DNA of 35,993 bases from NCBI GenBank assembly GCA_008632985.1, contig QPGO01000282.1:38377-74369 (forward strand), read 5' to 3'. This document shows positions 22,471 to 33,120 of this stretch, piece after piece. Positions within the stretch are counted from its first letter, which is position 1, and the number at the start of each line of letters is the position of its first letter. The stretch is from Psammoneis japonica (Eukaryota). The position numbers were made by a program, and so were the translations under genes. The notes below the pieces were generated by a model, which did not search any database, was not told where the DNA came from, and worked only from the letters and a program-made list of their open reading frames with translations.

Positions 22471-25128
22471 TTGAGAAAGAAAGAGCAGCTGCTTGTTTTG
22501 ATGTGCTCCAGTGTTGGGGAGCTTGTTTTTGTGTCAAAGCATTTGCAAATGCACAAAGACACTGTTCTCTGCTCAACAAAGCCGTTGCACATCAGTGCAA
22601 AAATCACAGTCCATGCAGCAGCTGCCACTCCCAACTGGGAGGTCTGCAAGTGGCACAGAAGAAGGAAAGAGAAGAACTCCCATGGATTGCAACACACTGC
22701 TGTGCTGCACCAGGCCAGCCAGCAAAGCTCAAAAAATTTGTGCCGTGTGTTTTTTTTTTTGTTCCTGGCACAAAACCAAAAAATTCTGCACAGAATTTGT
22801 GCAGCCACCATGGCAAATTTGCATCGCATGAACCGTCATTGTCACCATTTTTCACAAGGCAAGTCACTCAGGATGTTGTTGGCATTTGTCCACAGCGCCA
22901 CTGCACACTGGCACAATTTTGACAAGTGTCGCTCCGTGTGCAAGAATGAGGATTTTAACTCCTTTGGTGTGTGAGCATGCTGCTGTTGTTGCCGTTCCGG
23001 TGTGTTTTGTCAAGTTTGTTGTCACTTCCCTTCTCTCATCCCTTGACCTGTGCATGGCTCATTTCACAATGAATGTGGATGAAAGGCGCTGATGTGTGGG
23101 AGACACCTTTGGAGTGTTTGAGGCAAGCTCTGGACGTTGCGGCTCATGGCTCATGTGTTTTCAATGGATGAAGGGCCCCACACTTTACTTTGTCAAACAT
23201 GTTGATGGTGCAAGCAGCAGTGGATTTCATTCAGATTGTTCTTTTTGCTCTTGTCCTTCCCAAGCTGCAACAACTGGAAAAGAAACATGCCGGGCAATGG
23301 CTGCCATTTGGTGTCCTTGATGTTCTGTGGCAGAGCACTGTGTTGAGCACCGAGCATCCTTGCCACATTGTCGCCATGGGCAAGTGCCATCATGGATCCA
23401 GCGAGATCACACCATCCATGTCACCCCCCATTGAGCCACTGCTTCCCAATGACGGAATGTCCATGGCAAGCCTTGGGGTGCTGACATTGTTCAATGTGCA
23501 ACATTTGCAAACCATCAAGTTCCAAGCATTGCAGCTCTTCATGCAATGTCTGTGTTTCTCTTTTGACCAGCGCATGTGTCATGTCACTGGGTGCTGGCTT
23601 TTGCAAATGACAACATCTCTGTGCATTTCACTCAGTCATTTTTTCTTTTTCTTGCGGTCGCTGTCCTTGGGTTGGCAACTGCATTGGCAAATGCAATCAC
23701 CAAATCTTTTTTCTCTTTTTAAAATGTCTGCTGTCAGAACTGACCATTCTGGTCAGGGCCTTCTTGTGTGTTCGAGTGTTGCTGAATGCTCTTGAACAAG
23801 AAATGTCAGAAAGAAACGGAGGGATTGGGGCCATTCTGAACACCACCACCTTGGACGTCATCAACTCTGGCACATCATCTTGTCCATGCCACTCATGGTG
23901 TTGTGTGGGGTTTTGCTGTGTGCTTTCTCACTGCTGCTGTGGTGGAATTGGCCACTGCTTTTTCAAATTTGCTTGCAGCTCTGATGGTCAGTCTGCATGG
24001 TGGTCTGCCTTGTGGTTTTGCTGGCAAGAACACTGTCACTTGATTTCAAGAAGATTGGTGGCAGAAAGATCACCCCTGTGGGACCTGTTCAGACAAAGCC
24101 AAAGAGTCTTTTTGCTGTCTTTTCATGTGTCTTTTTTAAGACTGGGCTCAGCTCTTTGCTTGTTTTGTCATCTTTCAGACCTCCTTTTGACTTCAATCCT
24201 GCTGTGTCAACTTGTGCCAAGTTTTCTGAACCACCACACTTCACATTGGTGTCAAGAGAGCAAAAGCTCTGAAAGAGACCTTTCTTGTTTCTTCTTCCAT
24301 GTTGTTTTGGATTGGTGGTGAGTGGGCATGTGGCGCTGAATGAACATCAAAAGCATGAAGCAACAAACCTCTTGGTGGGAGCAAACAGGAGACACCTTTT
24401 TGTGGGACTGGGGTGGAGGGCAGATGTTTTGCACCAGGCCAGCATGCAATTTGTGCAAGGCACGCAGAAATCACACAGAAATCTGTCTGTGCACCAGCTA
24501 AAATGTGTTGCGGTCCACGGGAGTGGGTGGCAGCTGCACTCTCAAAAGAACGAGCGGTGCTCTTCATCTTGCCCCTCATGTCATTGATGAGGAAGGTCAC
24601 TCAAGTCAGCCAAAATTGACGCTGTGGAGCAGTTGAAAAAGAAAGAGCAGCTGCTTGTTTTGACATGCTCCAGTGGTGGGGAGCTTGTTTTTTGTCAAAG
24701 CATTTGCAAGTGCGCGAAGACACTGTTCTCCACTGAGCAAAGCAACTCCACATTGGTGCAAAAATCATGGTCCATGTGGTGACAGCCACCTCCTCTCAAA
24801 AGAAAGAGTGGCTCTCATGACCTCACCACTCATGTTTTTGATGAGGGAGGTCACTTGAGTTGGCTGCAGTTGATGCTCTTGTCAGGCATTTGAGAAAAAA
24901 AGCAGCTGCTTGTTTTGACATGCTCCAGTGGTGAGGAGCTTGTTTTTGGGTCAAAACATTTGCAAACACACAAAGACAATGTTCTCTGCTCAACAAAGCA
25001 GTTGCACATTGGCGCGACAACAACGGTCCATGCAGTGACAGCCACACTCTCAAAAGAAAGAGCGCGGCTCTTCACCTCAGCCCTCATGTTGCTGATGAGG
25101 AAGGTCGCTCAAGCTGGCCAAAGTTGAC
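22471..25128. repeat. ~260-bp repeat family: partial copy 22471-22620, partial copy ~24511-24620, full copies ~24633-24864 and ~24890-25128
   Basis: Shared blocks agcagctgcttgttttga, gagcttgttttt, catttgcaa, ctctcaaaagaa and tgatgagg.aggtc. Confidence 0.88.
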
Positions 25129-26643
25129 AGTGCCCCCCCCCCCCCCCCGAGCATGTTGCTGCCAACACACAGCAGCAAGCAGTGGTTGCACAATGTGGTG
25201 GCTCTTTTCAAAAGATGCAGCTGTTCAGAGAGGCAGCTCAAGCCAGGCCAGAGATGCTGCATGGGTGCACATCAGCTCTGTCTGTCAGTGGAAAAAGATT
25301 TTGGCAGAGGCCCAATCTTTGCAAATGTTGTTCGCACTTTCATCTTTGGCAAGGCCACAGCTTGAGAACCTGGAAGAGGCACCCAGAGAAACAGACATGC
25401 TGGTTGGCGCCCACCACCGTGTGGGTGCTTTGTTGGATGTTGTGCAGCCGCAGACCACCGTGCTCACTCCAAGAAGAAGCAAAGCTGGCTTTGAGCTGCT
25501 TGCCACAATGAGAGCTCCTGGCCAGTGTGACATCCTGCTGCCACCCACTTTGGGCCAAAAGAAGAGTTTTGATGGCACCGACATGAGGTGTGCCGATGGC
25601 ACGCATGGCCCAGCTTTGGACCTGCAGGGACAAATGCCCTCCATTTCTGATGCTGAGCACAAAAACATGAAAAGGCAATCTGCAAAAATGCCAGTGCTTG
25701 CCTTCCTGCTGGTCGACCATGAGAGTGCTCCCGCTGGCTTGCCAACCCAAGATCCTGCCGCGCGCGCTGGCATGTCCTTCGCGCATGTGGCAGCACCGCT
25801 CCACCTGGCAAAAACAGCCACAAGGCAACAAGGGCTGAAATCTTAAGCCAGGTTGATGCCAGCACAAAAAAAAACAAAAGTGCGCACATCTGAATGAGCA
25901 TAGCTGCACTGGGGGGCCGGAGACAATTTGAAAGGCTGAAGCTCGCCTGGCAAGGGGGGCCAGGGGCCAAGGAGCAGAGTCGCGCGGCCCGCAGCTGTGC
26001 CAACAAGGGCCGGCACAATGCCAGAGAAAGAATGCTCCAAAGTTTGGTTGAAGTGCAGCATGCAAATGTGAGTCCTTTCAGCACACGTGCAAGACTGCAA
26101 CAAAGAAACAGTGCCAGCCTGAAGCTGTGCTCTTTTGACGATTGATGGCTGCTGGTTTGGCTGGACCGCGAATGTGAGAAACCCCGCACCTGCAATGATG
26201 TGCTGGCCCGACTGCTGCTGTGAACCTGGGTTGGCAGTTTTCCACTGGGCCCCAATTTTCTTTGCCCAGCACTGCTTCTTCCTCTCTCAACTCGACAGCA
26301 TTGTGCTGCGCACCCTCACAACAAGCAGCCGTTCACATTGTGCGTGACTCAGTCATCACGGGCGCGAGTTTCGGTTGCCAACGCGAACATCAAAAAATAC
26401 AGCATCTTGTTCCATAACTATTTATGCCCCTAAACACTCGACAGTTCAAGACACAAGTGCAATTAACCACAAGATAGATTACTAAATAGGACAATGCCTT
26501 TTCGACAGTATAATACGTCTTGTCCACGAATGTCTTTAAGTATTCTCCAGAGAACGGATGAGGGGGAAAAAAGAATCGATACTTTCGCATTCTCGTTTTG
26601 CCTCACACAAAATTAATCGGTTTATCTTTCGACAACGGTTACC

Positions 26644-29202
26644 ATGACGATTCCTGCCCGTACGGGAGTAGTTCTCCTTTTTGGTGTCATTGCTTCTCAA
26701 GGGAGTAATGCGCAAAATAATATGGTAAGTGTTCTTTTGTTTGAACGCTACCGACATTTGTGGTCTACCGGTATCCACGTTCTCTCACTCGCAACCCTGG
26801 AAATTGTGTCTCACATGTTTTATATCATTTCGTTCTTGCGCCATTTCTTTTAGGGTTTTCAAGATGGTAAACGGCATTTACAAGTAAGTTGAGATATGCC
26901 TTTTCTCGATGCCATTTTGTGGCTGGCTCGGTGTCATTCCTTGTTTTTGATGGGCGACGCCGGATAGTTTGAAATCCTCCTTTTTCCGTGAAACAGTTCT
27001 CATCTCTGCCGTTGTACTATGATTATCTTTTGTCGCTCCATAGCAAATCCAAATTGATCCAGCTCCTGTAAGTGTCAATAAGACAGTTCCTGGTGTTTTT
27101 TTCATTCGAGATGTGAGAACTTGTTGCTGTCGTTTCTCATGAGAGTTCTAAACACCGTTTGTGCGGTCCTTGATTATTTTGCAGTCGGGAGCTTGCTGCG
27201 ACTTTGAAACTTGCTCAATCACGACCGAGCATGAATGTCTGCGCGGGATGCCATTACCGCCTGATCGCAATCGACAACTGCCCTCCCAAGCGGAATGGAA
27301 AGGGCCTGGCTCCACTTGCGAAACGGACTGCAAAGGAGCTTGCTGCCCGGAACCAGGATCCGATAAGGATTGTTTCAAGGGAACTAAAACTGAATGCGAT
27401 GCAAATGGGGGTGATTTTACGAATTATGGCATAACGTGTAAGAACGCGAATTGCCCAACCTTGTCACCCACGACTTCTCCTACGGAGAGTCCTACAATGG
27501 CACCAACAACCCCGTCTCCTACTATGGCTCCCACGACCCCTTCTCCTACCCCAGATCCTACCCTGCCGCCAACAACCTCTGATCAGAGCCCAGGCGCATG
27601 CTGCACCTTGTTTGATGGATGCAAGTTCATTTCGCAGGAGACTTGCGTTTTGGGTGGTGGTACGTTTGTTGGTCCAAATGCCAAGTGCAAGGACAGCAAG
27701 TGCCCTACCAAGGGAGCTTGCTGCAAGGAAGACGGCTGTGAGGTCACCTTCAAGAAAAAGTGCACCAACCATCAGGGCGACTTCAAGGGATTTGGTGTGA
27801 AGTGTGAACTTGGTTTGTGTCCCACCAAACCGCCGACACCGGCTCCGACGACTCAAGCTCCCACACAGAAACCTACAGTTGTTCCGCCTCCAACTGGAGC
27901 ATGCTGCAATGTTGAGAAGGACACCTGTGAGCAGACCACGGAAGAAGATTGTGACACTGGTGTATTTCTCGGACTTGGCGTCAAGTGCAAGCCAGGCATT
28001 TGCCCCACCAGGACATCCCCCGGAGCCTGCTGCCTCGCCCGTGGAGAGTGCCGGTTCTGGTCTCAAAAGACGTGCGCTAGAAATGGTTCGTTCTTTTTGG
28101 GTCCTGGTACATCCTGCAAAAATGTCGTTTGCCCTATCAAGACTCCGAGCCCAACCCCCTCACCTCCGTTGAAATTGACGGGTGCTTGTTGTTTCGAGAA
28201 TGGATTATGTCGAAATCTCAGGCCTGGAAATTGCAGGAAAAAGTATGGCAAGTTCTTACCCGATAAAGAATGTGATGACTCTGTATGCGCCGCAGAGACT
28301 CCAAGCCCTACACCCTCTCCCCGGAAGAAACCACTTGGCGCTTGTTGTTACGAGAACGGTATTTGTCGCGACCTCAGGGCGGGTGTGTGCAAGAAGAGGA
28401 AAGGAAAGTTCTCGCCCAATACAAACTGTTACAATATCGTCTGCCCCGTTGCAACTCTTGGGCCCGCTACTACACAAAGCCCCACGGTTCCCTCAAAACC
28501 TACTCTTCGTCCGACGAAACCTATCGGCGCATGTTGTATTGACAATGAACTTTGTCACAACCTTAGGCCGGGTGTATGCGAGAAAAGGAATGGGAAGTTC
28601 ATGGGCATTGGGACAGTTTGCCTGCCCTACAAGAAGTGCCCAATCTCTGAGAAAAAGCCAGGAGCTTGCTGTGTACCAGATAAAGGATGTATCGAGGGAG
28701 TAGATGAAACCAACTGCAGTTTTGTCGATGGAGAATACAATGGTGACGGCAGTACATGTACAGAAGCTACTTGTAGCGCTACTCCGGGCGCGTGCTGTTT
28801 ACCAGGAGTTTGTCAGACCCTTCAAGGCATGAAATGCAAGAAAAAGGGAGGGAGTTTATTGGCGCAGGCACAGTATGTGGTGTGGAGACCTGTCCTGCGG
28901 CATATGGGGCCTGTTGTTTGATAAGTGGCTCGTGTTCCGTGGTGAGCCCAAAGGGCTGTGATCGTAAAGGCGGGAAGTTCGTCGGATTCGATACCGTGTG
29001 CGGACTAAATACCTGCCCTGTCCTCATAAAGCGTGGTGCCTGCTGCTGGATGAATGGCAAGTGCAAGTTTTTGAAAGAGATGAGATGCAAAAAGAGAGGA
29101 GGCAAGTTTCAAGGGAATGGTGTCAGGTGTGAACCGACTACTTGTCCGGTAGATCCCGACTACAAATTTTTGCCTGTGTACAAATCTTTGCCTCTGGATT
29201 AG
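26644..29202 (+). CDS. Secreted cysteine-rich protein, ~717 aa, with 13 'GACC' six-Cys modules and Pro/Thr-rich linkers; 4 exons
   Basis: Exons 26644-26724 (signal-peptide-like MTIPARTGVVLLFGVIASQGSNA), 26854-26883 (GFQDGKRHLQ), 27044-27067 (QIQIDPAP) and 27185-29202. All three introns are GTAAGT...YAG and phase 0. One missing G at ~28850-28852 joins the 586-aa and 136-aa ORFs. Confidence 0.88.
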
Positions 29203-29457
29203 AGTGGCTAGCATCACTCTCCGGGAAACGTGGAACCTTGTTATTGTGTAATTTGGGGCAACGCTACAGGGAGTTCTCATCTCGTGTTGATCGCTGGCTT
29301 TTCAAGATGGCATGAATTGGTCTGACAAAAGATGTATTACAAATGTCGCCATTAAAGTTGTCTTTGACGTTTTGATTCGTTTTTGAAATCAAACGGAGTG
29401 AGTCGTCCTCAGTCGGCATGCGAAGACAGATTACGGAAGGAGGACACTCTGCAGGTG

Positions 29458-30849
29458 ATTGTTTAGTTAACCATTCTGCATAGACATCTCTAGATGGAGT
29501 GTTAGTAATACATAGAGCCCGTTGTATGAATCGCGTGAATATAGACCGAAAAAGTAGTGTAGCGCTCAGCATATCATCCCGCTCCACTATTCGGCAACTG
29601 ACATGGCCAGATTAGTCTGTAACACTCGTTTGTATTCCCTCTCTTCGCCCATTCCACAGTGGTCTATGCCATCATATGGTTTGACTCTTGGCCTTGAACC
29701 TGCGCTCACATCTCGCGTAAACCTTGCCGGTAGCTTCATACTATCACTGATTCAAGCTGTTGTCTTCGTGGCAAAGCAAAGAGCGAGAGCAAATCCTGGC
29801 TTTCATGCAGGAGTGAGCAATATCTATGCGTTTCAGGGCGGGTCAACGCTACAGACGAAGAAAGAGACGTATACGCAACTGTAGCTACACTGATGAAACT
29901 AAATTCCTAATAAAACAACCTCATCATATACCGGTAGTGCATACAAGCTTTTGCTCACTGCTCGGTTCGGAGAAAATCTAAGATGTATCTTACTCACGCT
30001 CTCCGACAATTGCCCCCCCTCCCTGCTGTGACGAAGCTTGTTGCTCGGTCTTCTTTGCGACCCAGGTGGGGACTTTATCGCTGGTGCTGCGCTGGAATAC
30101 AAGTCCCCGTACCGGTGCCTCATTTTTGGTGAGAGAATTATATGTTGAGATATATTGTTTAGTTAGCCATTCTTCATAGAGATCTCTATATGGGGTGTTA
30201 GTAATACATAGAGCCCGTTGTATGAATCGCGTGAATAGACCGAAAAAGTAGTGTAGCGCTCAGCATATCATCCCGCTCCACTATTCGGCAACTGACATGG
30301 CCAAATTAGTCTGTACCACTCGTGTATATTCCTTTTCTTCGCCCATTCCACAGTGGTATATGCCATCATATGGGTTGACTCTTGGCGCTACACCTTGAAC
30401 ATGCGCTCACAGCCCGCGTAAACCGTACCGGTAGCTTCATACTATCACTGATTCCAACTGTTCTCTTCGTAGCAAAGCAAAGAGCGAGAGCTATCCTGGC
30501 TTTCATGCAGGAGTGGACAATATCCATGCGTTTCAGGGTGGGTCAACACTACAGACGATCGCGAAGAAATAGACGTATATGCAACAGTAGCTATACTGAT
30601 GAAACCAAATTCCTAATAAAGTAACCTTACAATACGGCATTCAAGCTTTTGCTCACTGCTCGGTTCGGGGAAAATCTAAGATGTAAGATTCATCTTACTC
30701 ACGCTCTCCGACAATTGGTCCCCCTGCTGTGACGAAGCTTGTTGCTCGGTTTTCTTTGGGACCCAGGTGGGGACTTTATCGCTGGTGCTGCGCTGGAAAA
30801 CATATCCCAGTACCGGTGCCTCATTTGGTGGGAGAAGGTTGAGATATAT
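29458..30849. repeat. Head-to-tail tandem duplication, ~696 bp x2 (29458-30153 and 30154-30849), covering the 3' end and flank of the minus-strand gene
   Basis: Long near-identical blocks, e.g. gtgttagtaatacatagagcccgttgtatgaatcgcgtgaata and gacccaggtggggactttatcgctggtgctgcgctggaa, occur in both units. Confidence 0.95.
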
Positions 30850-31708
30850 GGCAATAAAGGCAAGAAGGGTTTGAAGCGTGTCCTTCTTGGAGCCAAGGAT
30901 TTGCGGAGGGCGCAAGAACATCTTCTCGTCGACGACCCCAAGATTGACAAGGACGGTAACCGAAGTCTTGAAGGCCTCAGTTGTGTAATATTTGATGCCA
31001 CGTAAGAAATCGATGATCTCCAAAGCTTCTTCTTTTAGTTCGATAGTGCCTAAGTCGCCTACCGTCTGCATGAAAACATGCTCCCCCATCTCGTCCGCAG
31101 TGATGTCAGAGATGCGCAGATTCCTACGAACAAACGACGTGTCTAGCCACGCCCTGGTAAGAAAAGCGGGCCTCGTATGATCACGAAGTTGTCGGACTGA
31201 TGTCAAAAGGTACGTGATTTCTTGAGGATAGCTCCATCGTTGTCAGCGATTGCACCTTCGAGGTCCTTCTTCAACTTCATGGAACTGTCCAAGACCTTCT
31301 TGAGATGCTCCACGTACTCCTCCAATTGGGTGTGGTAGCCGATCACAAATGTGTTGAGCGCTTCAATTTCCTTGTCCAGCTGATGAATGTTTAAGACGGA
31401 AACATCTCCTCCACCGCATAGGGTCTCGAAGAAATCTTTCTGCTTCGTGTAATTGGTGGCAATCTCGTACGCACGGAATACTCCTTCGTCGGGCGCAAGC
31501 TGTACACATTCCTCGACGGATCCAGGGAGTGTGCAAGTTTGCTCGTCCTTGAAAATACCTTTCAAGACTGGACGAGTCTGGGAGGAGGGGACGGTCACGA
31601 ACGGAGACGTCGGAAGGGGCGTGCGCATCAATGGGTCGGCATACGAATATGTGGTCGAGACCCGTTGCGACTGCCGGGAGTGCTGAAGTTATACGGCGAT
31701 GGAAACAT
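30676..31708 (-). CDS. Hypothetical protein, ~344 aa, with a coiled-coil-like middle; split by two 1-nt homopolymer deletions
   Basis: gccaagATG at 31708 begins MFPSPYNFSTP. Restoring one base in the runs at 31633-31635 and 31205-31208 joins three ORFs into one frame ending at 30676. No family recognised. Confidence 0.65.
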
Positions 31709-32311
31709 CTTGGCGACGGTGGAGTGAGGTACTGTAGAGATGAGAGAAAGTGAAAACTCACGAGAAACGAGTGACAGTTGTGTTCGTTCGCGAATTGTGA
31801 GATTGAGTGGATCGCTCACAGCAAACAATAAGTGTTGCAAATGCGCGCGAAAAACAAGAGTCATCGACTTATTTACCACGATCAAAATGTGACAAACAGC
31901 ACTTATGGCATCCATGATCATGAGGTGTACTTAATGATCGCGTTTACAGTACTTAGGGAAACCGACTTCGATAATACAGTCCGGAATGCTAAAAGGGAAA
32001 TGGCCATGACGTCATACCACGACACAAACTTTTTTAGCTCGAAAGAAAGAGGGAAACCGGAAGCCCCTTCCAATTAAGCTTCTCTGACCGCCAGTGACAA
32101 AACAGCACATAGCTTCCCGTGATCGCGTGTAGAGTACTTATTGGAAGGACTTTCGATGGTCCAGTCCGGAATGTGAGTCTCTTCCAAGTACCGAAAAGCT
32201 TTCTTGAATTAAGCTTCTCCGGTCTCACATCTACTTCACACTACTCAAAGCCTCCTTTGCCTTTGCCAATCTTTGAGCATAAGTCGTTCCAAAGTGCAAC
32301 GAGATATTGGG

Positions 32312-32491
32312 TACATCCTTGACCGATGAAAGAAGACTCCAGCTTTCCCTCTTTGCTTTAGCATCGGAATCAACTTGGTTCTCTTCTTCCTTCTCTAACT
32401 ATACATCCTTGACCGATGAAAGAAGACTCCAGCTTTCCCTCTTTGCTTTAGCATCGGAATCAACTTGGTTCTCTTCTTCCTTCTCTAACTA
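32312..32491. repeat. Perfect 90-bp tandem repeat x2
   Basis: 32312-32401 is identical to 32402-32491. Confidence 0.97.
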
Positions 32492-32559
32492 TTCTTTGGC
32501 AGACGTTACACTGTCATATGGCAGTTCATAGAGAGAATCCTACTCGTCTTCGCGAAGAA

Positions 32560-33120
32560 GGAGTTTGACTCCGGTGTGTCGGTACGTTTCTTTCTCGGCA
32601 AAGTCTTGATCCTGCAGCTTGAAGGCCAAGTACGAAACGGGCGACATGAGCGCAAAACAACTTCTATGAGGAAGACTTGGGCATAATTGTAACTGGATCA
32701 CCGGCATTAGCAATACGCAAATGATGCAGTACGTGATTGAGTCTCTTCCAAGTACCGAAACGCTTTCTGGAATGACACGTCCCCGAGCCGAGGTGAAGCG
32801 ACACTGACGCACGTAACAGGAGTAGGAACCGAGGTGTCGCCATCGACGAGCTCAGCCGCAACTTCCATGGAAAGCAAGGTTACCAATGCGGCGCCTAGCA
32901 AATGTCCCGAGCAATACAGCTTAAGCGTCTTGAATCTGTCGTCCTGTTGGAAGAGCTCCTTGGCATGCGTAGGGAATTCGTCGTACTTTGTTTCGCGCCC
33001 TCGGAGGTTCCTCTCGAGAAGATACTCGTCAAACCCATGATGCAGCCATATCTTACTATCCTGTCCCTTGATACCCTTCAAACGATTATCCCACTTGCTA
33101 AAGGAGATGGAAGCACTTTC
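32560..33120 (-). pseudogene. Class 3 lipase (alpha/beta hydrolase) pseudogene fragment
   Basis: 'LHHGFDEYL', 'LYCSGHLLGAAL' (GHSLG with the nucleophile Ser replaced by Leu, TTG at 32901-32899) and 'VTCVSVASPRLGD..FQKAF..LE'. In shifted frames, 'HLRIANAGDPVT' and 'YRHTG'. Confidence 0.85.

Larger units (their letters stand above)
13835..26360 (+). mobile_element. Putative large degenerate tyrosine-recombinase (Crypton-like) element or TE cluster, ~12.5 kb
   Basis: Sharply bounded TpA/CpG-depleted block. A YR gene near the left end points inward and is followed by relic ORFs and internal repeat families. Whether it is a single element is not shown. Confidence 0.5.

Noticed and set aside
13930..26390. 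Alternative genetic code or Tyr-avoiding foreign DNA
   Set aside because: TpA is missing in every frame and across codon boundaries, the genes are frameshifted relics, and paralogous copies show TA versus TG/CA differences. This is mutation, not codon usage.
13908..26417. Dense overlapping Cys/His-rich ORFs in all six frames (also in 181-4164), resembling metal-binding proteins
   Set aside because: They are by-products of TpA loss: TAA/TAG stops vanish and Tyr/Arg codons become Cys/His. Only segments with recognisable family motifs were called.
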